NCBI GenBank assembly: GCA_036172245.1
Contig: JAYWIR010000011.1
Span: forward strand, 3,100,001 to 3,164,000
Direction of reading: 5' to 3'
Origin: Raillietiella orientalis
Lineage: Eukaryota
DNA: 64,000 bases
A program made the translations under genes and the position numbers. Positions 24,402-37,260 of this stretch are shown piece after piece (the stretch's first letter is position 1; each line of letters opens with the position of its first letter). The notes beneath the pieces were generated by a model, which did not search any database, had not been told where the DNA came from, and was given only the letters and a program-made list of their open reading frames with translations.

Positions 24402-27400
24402 TCAGGAGGATGCGGTGCTCGAAGCCTCCGCGATCGCGGACAGGGGGGTGAGGTACCTCCTCGCTCTGTCTGAGGGCAAGGCGCCGAGACTGGTCCGGCG
24501 GGCCTCCTTGTCACTCGCCTGCCTGAGCTTTCTGTTCAGCCGAGGGGAGTACATGGGGCCGGGAACGCTAGCACGGTGCTGCTGCTGCTGCTGCGTAGTA
24601 GTAGGAGGAGGAGGCAGGTGGATCCTTCGTGCGGTGGTCAGCAGGTCCTGCGACTTGCTGAGGTTCTGCTCCAGCTCGCTGAAGAGCACGTAGTTCTCGA
24701 TGTTGCCGCAGGAGGTTATGCTGCTTTCCTCCGGGAGGCAGTGCCCCAGGGAAAACCTTGGCGGCATTAGGGACCTGGCGCACTCTGTTGACGAGTAGCT
24801 GAGCTCCTCGTGGGGCTTCTTCTGGAAGCCGGCCTGCTGCTGCTGGTTCGGCGAGCCGGCCTCCGTGACTTCGTCGTTGGCCGCGGAGGCGATGTCGTTG
24901 ACCTGCGCGCTCGGGCGGCACGCGGAGCACAGGCGGTTGAGGACGGTCCTCTTGGAAGTCGCGCTGACGACGCAGCACACGCTTCCGAGGCCGATGAAGC
25001 AGCAGCTGGCCAGGACACCGTAGTTCGCATAGCCGCAGTCGCTGAGGTACTCTAAAAATGGAAGACCGAAATAGAAAGGGCCTATCGTCCGAGTGGAAGC
25101 TTCCGGGACATCCCTCGGCCCGTTCGCGCGCATATGCGAGTTCGGAGAACCCCTCATTCCGGGGGCCCACCCCGAAAGGGAAGAGACCAGCGGCCCCTTT
25201 GCGTTCTGCCGCGACGGGCGACAGTGCCGGCGAATCTCCACAGATGGCAGCAGCGCCTCGCCGCGCCGCGCCGTCTGGAGTCGCCATACTTGCACTGCGC
25301 AACCTGACGGGCAGGCGGCGGTGATGGAGTGGCGGCGGATACGCGGAAAGGACTCGGAAGGGAGGAAGAGAGAGAGAGAGAGGAGGGAGGGGTGCACCAA
25401 TTGAGACCGGGGAAAACCCCGATCTCGGGCGCCCACAAGTGACGCCGCATCCCGGCTCTTGACCCAGGGAGTTGCATCGCTCGCGCTCATCGACTCGGTG
25501 ACGGCGGATCGAAAGCGCACAGCAGTGCGGCGCCGCCACCGCGTTCGCTTGAAAGGGGTGACTCCGTCCTCACTTGCAGGCTCCAGCTGCCCCGTCCCAT
25601 TGAAAGGGGAGGGGGACGTGAGCGCTGCTACTCTTCTCTCCTTCCCCGGTTCCCGCCAGTTCCCCTCCGCCGACGACAACCACGTTTGCGACGCAGGAAC
25701 CCAGGGACCATCCCGCCGCTCCATTTGCGGAGGGACGGGCGGTGCCAAATAATCTGAAGGATCCCCCAAAGGCCTCCCTCCTTCCCGGTCTCCTGCGCGC
25801 GATCCCGGCCGAGGCCGTCCCCAGACGGCCTCGAACCGCATGCTAGCGTTCTTCCCATCCCGAGCAACGTTCACCTCCAGAGCACGCGCGCAGCGCTCCT
25901 CGGCGGAGCAGAGGAAGACACCTCCAGGAAGGACCTGTCCGGGCAGACGGGGGAAGAGGAAGAAGGGGCTTACCTGCGGTGGGCGGTCCGAACAAGAAGG
26001 GGAGCGCCTGCGCCAGCTGGACGAGGCTCCAGGTCTCCGGGAAGTTCCTGGGGCGCATCTTCTGGTAGGCGAGGGCCTTCAGGGAGTAGACGTACCCGCC
26101 GCAAAAGAGGCCGTAGGCGCAGACGCAAGCAGCCACGTGGCCGCGCTCGCTGGCCGTCGCTGCCAGCGCCACGGCGACCGCGCACAGCAGCCCCGAGCCC
26201 TGGGCGAGCACGAGGCACCGGAGGGAGCTGCTCCCACCCCCACAGGCGCCCAGGGCCGCGCCGCACAGGAGACAGCCGAGGAACCATGCCAGGCCCAGGC
26301 ACACGTGCATCCTCACGACGTCCTCCCTCTCCAGGGCGCGCTGCGGAGGCGACGTCTTCCTGGTCTGGGCGGGGAGAGAGAGAGAGGGAGGGAGAGGGCG
26401 AGAAATGCGGGAGGCGAGGTGGTACGGAGGGTGCCGGCGCCGTCCTTCCACGCTTCCTAGGAGACGCGGTTCCCTGAAGGCACATTCCGTCCTGAAGTCA
26501 CGCGTACTGCGATCTTGGCACTGGGGTGCGGATCCCCTTCCTCCGGGGAGGGAGGGGACCCTCCTGCAGTCAGAAAGGGGAGTTTCCTGCGGTCAGCTGG
26601 AGGAATGTGGAGCTTCTGCATTCCTCCAACTGAACCCGGGAAAACGGGAGACCCCTCCGTGTCTTAGCGCGCCGGGAGGGGAGGCTCCGTGACGTCATCT
26701 TTCGCTTCGTCGTCGGAGGCCCCTTGGAACGGAGGAGGGAAGGCGAAGATTTCTCTGCACCCCTTCCTCCCTTGCCTTAGGGTGCGCCTGCCAGGCTTCG
26801 TTGCCCCGGTGAGCCGGTTGGTGTCCACCTGGGGAGGCGAGGATGGGTCAGCGTCGGAGTCAAGGGAGGAGTCCGCGTGCTTTGAGGACGCCCTGCGGCT
26901 CCGTCGGAACTGGAGCAGGGAGGGGAAGGGGGGGTAAGATGGAGAACGACACCTCCCTGCTGGGGGAACTGGGGTGATCCAGCGCGTGTGGAGAGAGGAA
27001 TGGGGTCTGCTTCCGAAATGCCTCTGAGACGGCCTTCCCTGCTTCCCAGGTTCGCTCCCAGGGGCAAGACTCCTTCCGGGAGGGAGTTTCCAATCTGCCT
27101 GTGGGGATCGTAGAGATCCTTAGGTCATCATTCTCCCGAGTCTCGGGGGAAGGACCAGGAGCAGGTGCCTCGCTCTCCGCGCTGCGGGTGCACAGCCGCA
27201 GGGGTCCTAGCAACGCGGGGAAGGAGGGATGGAGATTGAAGCAAATCCATCCGAAGGGCCCCCGATGAGCAGGCGCCTGGGGGGAGGGAAGGGAGGGGGA
27301 CCCTACGCGCTGGCTTATTTCTCCTCCCCCCTCCCTTCTTCCTCCCTACACCGCCTTCCCCAAGAACTCACCAGCTGGAAAAGAGGTGGGAATATGCCCG

Positions 27401-30400
27401 AGGCGTTGACCGCGGAAGAGATGAGGAGCAGACGGAATGCTCCGGACCGGAGCAGCCTGAGCGTCCCGGCGCTCAGGAGCTTCTTAGGCTTCTTCTTTTC
27501 CTTGAACGCTCTCCTCTGCAGGTTCTTGACGTGGAGTATGGCCCTCCGCTGGGGGTGGTAGAGGGAGGCGGAGCGGAAGCAGGTGGCCAGCAGGAACGTG
27601 CTGCAGGAGATACCGGTCACTGTCTGAAGACCCAGCGTCCATCCCATCTTCCTGGAACACAAGGTGCGCTTTTTTGGTTCGCTCTGCGTGCTCTTGGGGG
27701 CAGGGAAGGGGCAGGGCGCAAGCGGAAGAGGAGGAGGTGGGCGAGGGATGATCTGGAAACCCTTAGGTGTCCGAGGCTGCGCAGAGCTGCCCGCGGAGGT
27801 GGCAACGCATAATCGTCTGCAAAAGAAGCGCCGTGTGTGTCAGGTTCGACAGGGGATTCCGGGAGGCAGCAGGAGCCCCCCACTTGCCTTCCTCTCTTCC
27901 CCCTCGCAGAAACACCCAGCCGACGCTCCTCAGCAGGTTAGTTTAGGTTAGGTTAGGTTAGGTGGGTGAGTGGGTTCGGCAGCCTCTGGGGGACTGGGTC
28001 GCTCGCTTCGAAGGGTCTGCATGCAGGCCGATTCCATCGTCAGCCACTCGGGAGGGGGGAGAGAGGGGAGGACTGCTATGGTCTCGGGTTTTCTTTCTTT
28101 TGGTTAGCTAAGTACTCAAGAACTGTCGTTGGCCCGACAGCTCACGAAACTTGAACGCTGTCCACGCCACCAGGGGGTGCGTATCAACTCTTCAAGTTAG
28201 AAGGTACCCCGGGAGGGGACCATCCTATGGATCCAGGAAGGCTCCGGAGGAAGGACTACGTTCCTCTCACTATTGGGAGGAAATTTCTTCCTTGTTCCCT
28301 CCGGAGGACCCCCGGCCGTGGGGCTGCTCTTCTTTTCTCCCCCGAAGAGAAACCGGAAAGGATCTGCTCCCTAATTTCTCCTAGGGAGGAACCTCCTGAA
28401 AGGATCTGCTTCCTGTTTGCTCCTCCTCTGAAGAGAGGCCCTCAGGGACGCTCCCCAGCTTCTCTGAAGGACGCTCTCCAAAGAAAGCAACGCGCTTTTT
28501 GGCAAAATGGGAGAGGTATCAGTCCACCAGCTCCACGATGCGAGATGGAAGGGGTATTCCTTGATTCCTGGAAGGACCTTGGAGGGGGTTGACTGTCGAT
28601 CCTGGCCACTGGAAGGGGCCATCCGGGGGTTTCCGGCTTCCCTCAGCGCCGCACCCGAAGCCAAATGAGGCCAACCAGAGTCATCTTGCGTGGGGGATTC
28701 GAACCCCACGACGCACTCCCATTTCTCTGGCGTCGATCCTTACCCGGGTGGAATTCAAACCCACATCGCTTATTTTCCACGCGCGGAGAGACCGCAGCGA
28801 CACGGCCTTCAACGCGGGCAACTGGGTTTGCATCTTTAGGTTTCCAACGCACCCAGGGTCTCGGCCCGGAATGCGGCGAAGAAATGACTTTACTGATCGC
28901 AGTGAACTTCATTTCAACATTTCCAGCGTCCTTCCCTTCCAACATTTTGCAAATGCACTGTTAAATGATTCGAACCACAGCTGGGTCCACTAATCCTTTT
29001 TTGCACGGCTGCATCGTATGTCCTCATCGAAGGCAACGCCCCGGACGCGGCTGGCATCACCCCGAAAGTAAAGAGAGAGATGATGATTCCCGCAACTTTG
29101 AAGCATTCCCAGGAAGGAAAACTTGCTAATAGTCTTGGAAAGTCGGGAGGTGGTAACTTCGCAGCCCAGGAGGTGAAGGTGCTGCTCACACAGGAAGCAG
29201 AGGGCTGCACTCAGCTTGCATAGTTACGGTGCAGCCAGAAGATACATTACTATGAAGTTTTGTCTTCTTGCTTCCATCTGAACCACGTTCCTGTTTATAA
29301 TAATTAAGTACTTTTGAGGTATGAGGGCGTCCTCCTCCATGAATAATTAAGAGGCCTGGAAGTAGCTTCAGCCGTCTCGCAGCTTCCATTTGAAAATCAA
29401 TATTCTATTCAAGAAATATGCCCCACATCTCATTCCCCTGAATGGCATTGAATGCGATGGTAGAGGAGGAAAGTCGGCGAACGGCGGCCTGGAGTTTAAC
29501 GACCGCTGTAGTTGTAACGATATGCGGAAAATGTCTTCTTGCACAATCAGGCTCGAATTTGATCAGCGCAATTAGTTCACAGTTGCCTTTCCTCACAGCA
29601 AAGAAACGCGAAAAAAAAAAAAAAAAAAAAATCGTTCCTTATGCTTAGTGCCTTTCCGGTTGGCTCCTGGTTTTCCTCCTTCCTTTCCGAGACCCACGTT
29701 CCTGGACCCGCAAACTTTTTGGCTGAGGCGGGGCCGACCGTCGACTCGCTGAAGAGAAAAGAAGCGTCAAATGTCCACGAGCGCTGTCGCAGTTGGGCAT
29801 CGGAAACCGGAAGCGCCGGTTGATGTTCCGGCGAAAGCGAGACGGAAGAAGGAAGAGAGACTGTGACGTTCGTGAGTTCGGAATCTTCAGATGAGGAGGG
29901 CGACTGGCTGGCATAACTAAAAGAAAATACGAAATGCAACTTTATGCTTGGAGCAGCGCTCGGTGGCAGACCTCACAGGAAGAACCCAAAAGGGGACCTT
30001 TGGGGGGTTCATTCTCTCCGATCAGCATCAAAAGGGAGTTCGAAAATGTGTGACCAAAACGTTTTCCTTATCCTCGGACAGTATCCGTTCTTCCGGTGAC
30101 GCTCAAAATCCCGAAAGATCATAAAAACTAAACGTATGTGCTTGTTCTACGTAGATCAGTGTACAGATTGATTTTAATATACATGTACAGCTTCATATTT
30201 GTTAACACAGATATTATTAGCAGTAATATTGTTGCAGCAGATGTAATGATTAAGATTCGTTGTCATACATTTTACTAATAAAATTAATAAGCTGCTGATT
30301 ATCTTGTTGATATACATATACATTAAAGATTAATGTGTTCGTAAATATGAATAACCATGTATATCATGGATAATAACCATGGATTTCGAATCTGATCCCA

Positions 30401-33400
30401 GTTCTCCTTACCGACCAAACAAGCCACGCCCTCCCTCGCATCTTCCACCGAGAGAGGTACAAAGTTTGGCGGTCAAAGATCGGCATGAATGCAGGGCGTG
30501 TGTGCACAAGGAAGGAATACATTTTTTAATGGACGCGAAAAGACATTCCTCGAAGGCACAGTGCAATCCATGAAACTGTACAACTGAAGTGGAATTTCGA
30601 AAGCGGGACAATCGAATCGGCTGATTGTACCAGAAGGAAGAGAGGCTTAATACTAAACCGCGAGTCCTCAGGTGCCAAGCTTTTGCAGCATCCGTCTCCT
30701 CGCGAGAGTAGAGCGAGACCCGTAAGCGCAAGAGATAAAAACGCAGATGATACTCCTACGGCACCAGGACGCTTCGAAGTCATTGCTGTTCTTTAGAAAT
30801 GCGCTCATTGTTCTGCAGGGCTTGGAGACCAAGATCTTCCTACACGCCTTTCTCTTACTAATCGAATCATTCCTTTGGTTTCGATCCCGAAATGTGATTA
30901 TCGTTGCTTTTCCGAGAGCACGAGTAGCATAAGCCTTTCCAAAATCCTAATGAGATTTTCTCCGAAGCACTTTTTATTTCAACTGCTGATCAACTACTGC
31001 TCTTTAAAGATGCTGATTAAAATTACCACTGACCGAGAAACGCTATCGACGGGATGGCAGGATTTTTCACGGTTGAGTGGTTAGAGGGGGTGCGGGCTCG
31101 TTTCTGAAGGGAAAACCAAGACAACGGATGGTGCGAGTGGAGCAAGCAGCTTCTTCCTCCTAGATTCACATTCGGGAGTTCCAACAAAGGGAAAGCCTTT
31201 GGGTTTTTCCCTTTCCTTGAAATGAGCTGAGGACGATCACGTGTTCCCTGTAAACCGCCCATAGGAACCGAACAGAGGCAAGAGGGAAAACACCGATGTT
31301 CCCTCGCTTCAAGAACGGTTCACTTTGGAATGCCTCCATCCTCGGCTGTCGTTTCTGCAAAGAAGCGGACTGGGGAGTTGGGCAGCCTCATGCAGGAAAG
31401 CTAGATAAACAGTAGCGGGAACAAAACAAATGTCCAGTCAGGAGGTGGGAGATGAGATGGAGTTGAGAAATGGCACTTCTCGTTTGCAGCTTCCGACTTT
31501 CTCAGGTCTGACCGGCTACGTTGCTTGGAGACGACGGGGAAGCATCCGTTCGGAAACCTTCCCGATCTAATCGCTCGGGCTTTCCGAACGACTTTCAGTA
31601 AGACTCCGAACGATCTGTTCGGCCATCTTAAATTTTAAATGCGAAAGAAATCCATGTCGGATTCCAGAGTCGTCATCGAAAACGCTGCCGTCATCCCCAG
31701 AAAGCATCAATTTTCCTTACACGAGATTTGCTCTAACTAAACTCCCTATCCTTCGATTCTGGAAAGTTTGGAGAGATTTTTACATGGTAAGTGAGGAACT
31801 GCGCCAAAAGTAGCGCAGGCTCACGATGTGAAGAAGCGCTCGAACAAATAAAGATAAATGGACCAGCCTGCGACCTTTTGTTTTCATAAGCTGCTGCCTT
31901 CCCCGGAATAATTCTAGGCGTGGTTGCGTTTATTGCCGCAAGTAATTACTACTACACGAGAAAAGAGCAATTTTGTTGGAACATCAAGGATGCCACCCGA
32001 AAAGATGACGACAGACCAAATGCTAACATGGGAGGAAGAGGAAAAATGAAATAGTGTTCCAGAGACTGGATTCCTTCCCCCCCCCCTTCCTCCTCCTCTT
32101 CTTCTTCTTTGCAAACCAAGTTGTGAGACAGTCCCCGACCACGAACATTGCTGGCCACGCAAATTCCTTGGACGTTGTTTTCCCGAACCAATATGGTCCC
32201 AAAATGGAACGACAACATGGAAATGGGAGGCAGATGAAGGAACAGTTTGGTAAGAGAGAGAGAGAGAGAAAAAAAAACCTCTTGTTACGTGGCAGTTCTT
32301 GAAACAAACCGTAAACAAAATTTCCGTCTTCCACAGGAAGCACAGACTCAGTTGGAGACAGCAGTTCCTGAGGTCATTTCGTTTTCATTCTGTGTACCGA
32401 GGAGGATTGCGAGGCTCGGAATAACGGAGGAACGAAAGCTTTTGCGAACAGCGGTCCTTCATCTTCCTGGAAGAAGGCGGGGGAAGGGGGAATCGAAAAG
32501 GAATCCGGCGATTGATGTGTTATTTGAAGGAAATGCTTCAAGCGCTAAAACAAGGACTTTTATCGTCGACTCGGTCCTTGCATGCAATCGATAACGAGGA
32601 TGCAGCATCCTTTTTTTTTTTTTTTGATGGTGATTGATTTCCTTACTTGACAAGAAGGTCGACCATCACCGCCATTGTTGCTATTCCCAAACCGTAACAT
32701 GACGTCACTATTGCTTCCGTCAGGTGCCATTTTTTTTTAAAATACTGAGCTACAATCAATAGGGCAGAATCTCTGCTGAAGCTTGCTCCCGTGCCTGGAA
32801 CAAAAAGAAAAGAAAAAAAGATCAGGGGGCAATTCCTCATTCGAAGATTCCCCCGGTGTTAAGTTTCCATGCAAATGAAACGCGGAAGATCATGCTTCTT
32901 CCCAGGCGAGGAAATCCTCCCCGAGAATGTCGCAGCGTTCGGATGGGGAGCAGCCTCCGTGGTGAAGCTGCTGCTCCCGAGAACCACTTCCGGGTGACAC
33001 GGGAACGGTCGGGAACGACGGGTTCGGAGGAATGCAGTCGGAGTCGTAATGTCAGCCTCCAACTTTTTGATCGATAGGAGCAAGTTATTACGTTCATTGT
33101 AGGGAGGAGAGGGAGGAACTACCAACGGGAAGCAGGCAGCCTCCTCCTCCTGCCTTCCCCGAATTTTTACTAGTCATCTCTTGTCTGTCACGGATTCCCG
33201 GATCGATAGCTTGTATATATAGTTTGTGCTCACGATGAATAATCCACGCACCATATGGGGGATTTGATTTATTGGGAGAGATCTGGGAAATGCACCATGG
33301 CGTGGGAAATACCCTCGTCTTTATGAAGATCGTTTGCGTGGAAGTTTAGACTGGTTAATCCTACGCATCCGTGGTCTCCCACGTGCGCGGACGCGCGCAC

Positions 33401-34396
33401 GTCCTTTTGTCAGCGGGGAAACCTGGTCAGCGGTACCGGAAGAGCGAAACTGCTTACCCATGAATATGCTGTAGCTGAGCGCGAGCTGGTGAAACTGAGT
33501 GGAAAAGGATGCGAACAGGCATCCCATGGAAAACACGATTCCCCCGAGTACGGCGAACAGCCTGACGGACTTTGACTTGGAGAAGAAGGTCGAAACCGGG
33601 GAGAACGCCAGGGAGACGGATATTGACAGGGAAGCCATCCACGCTGGAAAAGAATGACGCAGGTCGTCAGCAATTCGGTTGGGAAATTCGGCGTCCAGGG
33701 AAGGCGATGCGAGGTGCGACTGCATAAGCTCCGGGGCGCAGGGAGGGGCAGAATTCTTTGCCACGTTCTGCCACTCTCTACAGGAAGCTTCTGGACCGGG
33801 TTCGCTTCCCCTCAGGAGAGTAGGGCGCGGTCCGTAGAAGGGTTGTTGCCGCGAACGGCGTGGGGCTGGCTCGCGTCGCTGCGATGCGCCCCGGGAGGCG
33901 GGCACGAGCGGTTCCCGTTGGTCCCACTGGATCCCCGCGGGGTGCTCGCCGAGCCGGGACGTTCTTGCTCGGGGCTGCAGGGATGACTTCACGGGCCCCG
34001 CCGCATAGGGTCGGAACCGCGCCTCCGGCTGGCTGGATACTCACTTGAGTTCTTCCTACCGCTCTCGGTGAGGTTTTCGAACAGAAAGGGCGAGAGGACG
34101 CCCAGGGCGAACTGCAACCCGAAGGTGACCCAGCAGATCATGGCCGAGTTGAACAGCACCACCCATCCCCACCCGTTCTCGGGGTAGTAGTGCTTCCACA
34201 TGGTTAGGGACTTAGCGTTGTCGGGGTCCGCCGCCCTCGTATTGTAGGCCAGGGTCCTCGGGAACAGGTCGGGCTCGCTGACGAAGTTCTTCTTCACGCG
34301 GTGGTCCAGCCTCGGGTTCCAGAGGGTGTCGATCGCCCCCTCCGGGAGAGACTGGGTCCGGAAGTTCTTCAGGGAAGTCTTCTTCCTCACAGCCAT
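24402..34396 (-). CDS. Monocarboxylate transporter-like MFS protein (SLC16 family), 668 aa, 6 coding exons
   Basis: Exons 34396-34045, 33643-33458, 32794-32647, 27651-27372, 26364-25974 and 25051-24402 (TGA). GT-AG junctions join into a 2007-nt frame. SLC16-type motifs HYYPENGWGWVV (TM1), IVAQYFKKKW, GWTLGLQ and RSASLYHPQRRAILH. An in-frame stop at 34466-34468 supports ATG 34396 as the start. Confidence 0.9.
27943..27962 (+). repeat. (TTAGG)4 interstitial telomere-type repeat
   Basis: ttaggttaggttaggttagg with degenerate flanking units; TTAGG is the ancestral arthropod telomeric repeat. Confidence 0.75.
28089..28826 (-). mobile_element. SINE-like family A, near full-length copy in SLC16 intron 3
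   Basis: Two tandem B-box/T-arm-like motifs (reverse complement gtgggtttgaattccac and ggggttcgaatcccc), internal subrepeats (gaaaggatctgct x2), a 3' stem-loop at about 28164-28182 and an A-rich tail (T-rich on the + strand, 28089-28101). Confidence 0.72.
29060..29600 (-). mobile_element. Degenerate pogo/Tigger-like DDE transposase relic in SLC16 intron 3
   Basis: Frameshifted fragments occur in DDE_1 order: AFNAIQGNEMWGIFLE, GLLIIHGGGRPHTSKV (cf. LLxxDxxxxH), VSSGCT..., VQPSASCVSSTF (cf. LQPLDxxxxxxFK) and ECFKVAGI (cf. FKKCGI). The catalytic Asp residues are lost. Confidence 0.45.
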
Positions 34397-36739
34397 CTCC
34401 CAGGGAGATGCTTTGCTCCTCTCGGAGGCTAGGGTGGCTGCGGTGGAGCGGGCGCGATTCCCATCTCACGGTCTTCTCCCCGTCCCGGAGTGGCGGGCTC
34501 CGGGAACGGCTCCCGCTGGCGGTGACGGATGGCGAGGCTGAGGAAAGATCGGGAGGAGATTATCCTGAAAATGAGAAACTGCGAGCGCATCGATCTTCGA
34601 GCGCCCGACCGGAGGCGAAGACGGGGAAGAGGGCAGCGGGCTCGCCGAGCAGCCGATGGTTGAGCGAGGCATCCGGGGAGAGCCGAGGAGGCTGCGGAGG
34701 ATGGCGCGCCGGCGACTCCGGGACAGAAGACGTTTCGCGTCTCTGCCCGAAATCCTTAAGCGGGGTTTAGGAATTCTTTTCCAGATATTTCCAAAATCCG
34801 TTGCGTTATCCGTTTGGAAAAAAAGGATGATGATGATGATGACAGTACAAGAAGGATTCTAAAGTCCTAAATTTACTTGGATTTCCTGAAGGAGGAAAGC
34901 GGAGGTTTCGAGTTGCGCCCCGGGAGGAGGAAGCAGACGGAATCCGAGCGAACGCGCTGGGGAATAGGAGAGGGGGGGGGGGGGGAAGAAGGCTCAGGGC
35001 GGGCGCCTGCTGCTGCTCTTTGGCTGCTCCTCCCGGGCATCTCCGGTAGCCATTGTTGGCTCCTGTCCTTTCGCTTTTTCTTCAGGGGACGCTTTACAGG
35101 CAGCAGCCGGAGAGGAGGGGAAGGTGAAGAAGGGGGGAGGGAAGAGCGAGGAAAACCGAGTCACGTGGTCGGGCGGCGGTTAGCACCCGCCTTGCGAGGA
35201 CGCGAGGGACCATCCCGAAACGCGGGGGCGGCGGCCGATCGTGGCGGTGTTAGGCGGGGTCTCCTCTCCAGACTAGACAGCCTGGCACGCATGGGTGTGG
35301 CCCGCTGCGAGTGCGCGCGCGAAGCCAGCGCTCTCGGTTCCAAAGCAGCAACCCTGGTGGCGATGGGCTGAAGGGGGGAAGGCGCAGCGTGTTCGGAAGG
35401 GCAGCGCCCGGTGCATGCTTTCCAGACGAGAACGAGAGAAAGAGGAGGTAGGGAGGAGAAGGAGGAAGAGGAAGGGAGGAAGAGGTGGAAGGGAAGGTGG
35501 AGGGAGGAAGAAGGAGAAGAAAGGGAGGGATAAGGAAGGAAACAGGAGAAGGAAGGGAGGAGGAGGACTCTCGTTTCCAACTCCGGTTCGTCTCTCTGGA
35601 ACGACGGAGGGACCCCAATCACGGGGAAAAGCTCGAACCCCCACCAGCCTCTGCGCCTGCTCCCAGCCAACGACGTTCTCCCTTTTCGCGGGTTCCCTTC
35701 TTGAGAGGCGGAAGCCGCGCACCTCGGTTTCCGGCTTCCGGTTCCTCCAGGCTGACCCAGGAGGGGAGGAAGGCCGTCCCGGGCAGTGGTGTCTTCTACT
35801 TCGAAGAGCCGGCCTCCCTCGTCCTCCACGAGGGTCCCCGGAAACTTGCGGGAGCCCGAGCGGCTTTCCCGGGAAGCTTCCGGAGGCGCGCGGCGGGGTG
35901 CGGGAAGGAAAGGGAAGGAAGGAACTCTGGCCGGAAGCACGCCATTCCCTAAAGGATTCGCCGGAGATCTCTCTCTCCCCCCTTTAGCGGAACAGGAAAA
36001 GGCTGTCCAGTTATGCGGGAGGGAAGTAGCTGGCTGCGGTTCTCGCAAGAGGCGGTGGAGGGCGGAGGCGATTCTCGAGAGTCTCTTCCTGGGATGTTGC
36101 GCTGGGTCCGTGGTCGTCAGGCAACCGTCCTCTTCGCAGCCGTCCGGCTCCGAGAAGCCATCGACTGTTTCGCGCGTGGGGAGAGCTGACGGGCTCTGCT
36201 GCAGCTGCAGTTCGCGGGTTCTGTGCGATGGATGCTTCCCATCTTCCCTTGAGGGGGGGGGGAGGAGATGGCGAAGGGCTTTCCGGTGCGGGGGGGCGTT
36301 GGATCCTCCCCTCGCGACTCTAAAGGGAAGGAGAGGGTCCTCCGCCCCCGAACTGACCGCCGAGGGAGAACGGGAAGAGGGGCTGCTAAGCCCACATTGC
36401 AGATAGGCCCCTCAACCCTCCCTTCGGAAGGTCGGGTGCGGTGGAACCGTGCTCTACCTCACTCCCTTTGAGGTCCGTGCGGATAGCAATGGGAGCTGCC
36501 GGAGAAATGGACTGACGACTGGACCGGAAAGCCGCTCTAGGGGTGAGCAGGGACCCGTTCGGCTTCGATGCAGGAGGCGCCGCGGGATGCGTAGAGGGGG
36601 TGCCGGGAAGCGGCGATATCGGAAGAGCGGCGGAGGATGAAGCGAGGACCACATGACCGATCTGCATGTGGGGGGGCTGCCCCGCGCACGAGGAGGGAGC
36701 TACGCGACTCCCGGATCCCGTCGAGGCGCCCGTGGAGGT

Positions 36740-37260
36740 TCCTGGATCGTCCCACCCCTTGACGATGTCCTCTTTCGCCCGGATGTCGCTGATCTTTATG
36801 GGCGGGCGGTGGCGCATCTGGGCTCGAACCTCATCGGACTGGCCGCCTTCGGGGGATCAAGAGAGCTCCAGCTGTGGTAGTTCAAGGTGCAGTCTGAGGA
36901 CTCTCGTCTAAAGGCGTGGTCGCGGTTGGCACCGTTGGCACCGGTCGCTCTCCCTCCCTTGGCTTTTCTCTCGGCTTTCCCGCGGGGTCCTCCTCCGGAG
37001 AGGCGGAGGCCGGACTAGCCGCCCACGCGTTGAGTCGAACAGCACCTCCTACCCACCCGTTCTCGGAATGCAGTGCTCCCACATAGTCAGACGCGTCTGG
37101 GATCTGCCGCCACCGGCTTGTGGACCAGGTCCTGGGGAACAGGCTGGGCTATTCTTGATGCGGTTCACGTTCGTGTCCTGCGGGCCAGGCGTGTGGGAAG
37201 AGGACTGTGGTGAAGCCGAATGGTGGGATTACCCAGGACAAGTGGCCGCCCCCGGGAACT
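36740..37260 (+). mobile_element. Degenerate DIRS-like (tyrosine recombinase retrotransposon) RNase H / MT-region relic
   Basis: VLFRPDVADLYGRAVAHLG (cf. TDASxxGWGAHL), AHALSR at 37021 (cf. ADALSR) and GPGVWEEDCGEAEWWDYPG (cf. DAxxxxW...FPP) lie in the expected order across frameshifts. Confidence 0.42.

Noticed and set aside
28690..28775. tRNA genes (GGTTCGAATCCC-type motifs here and at about 44445, 45300-45365 and 52722)
   Set aside because: Only T-arm/B-box-like fragments are present and I could not build a full cloverleaf. Most lie at the head of the dispersed SINE-like repeat.
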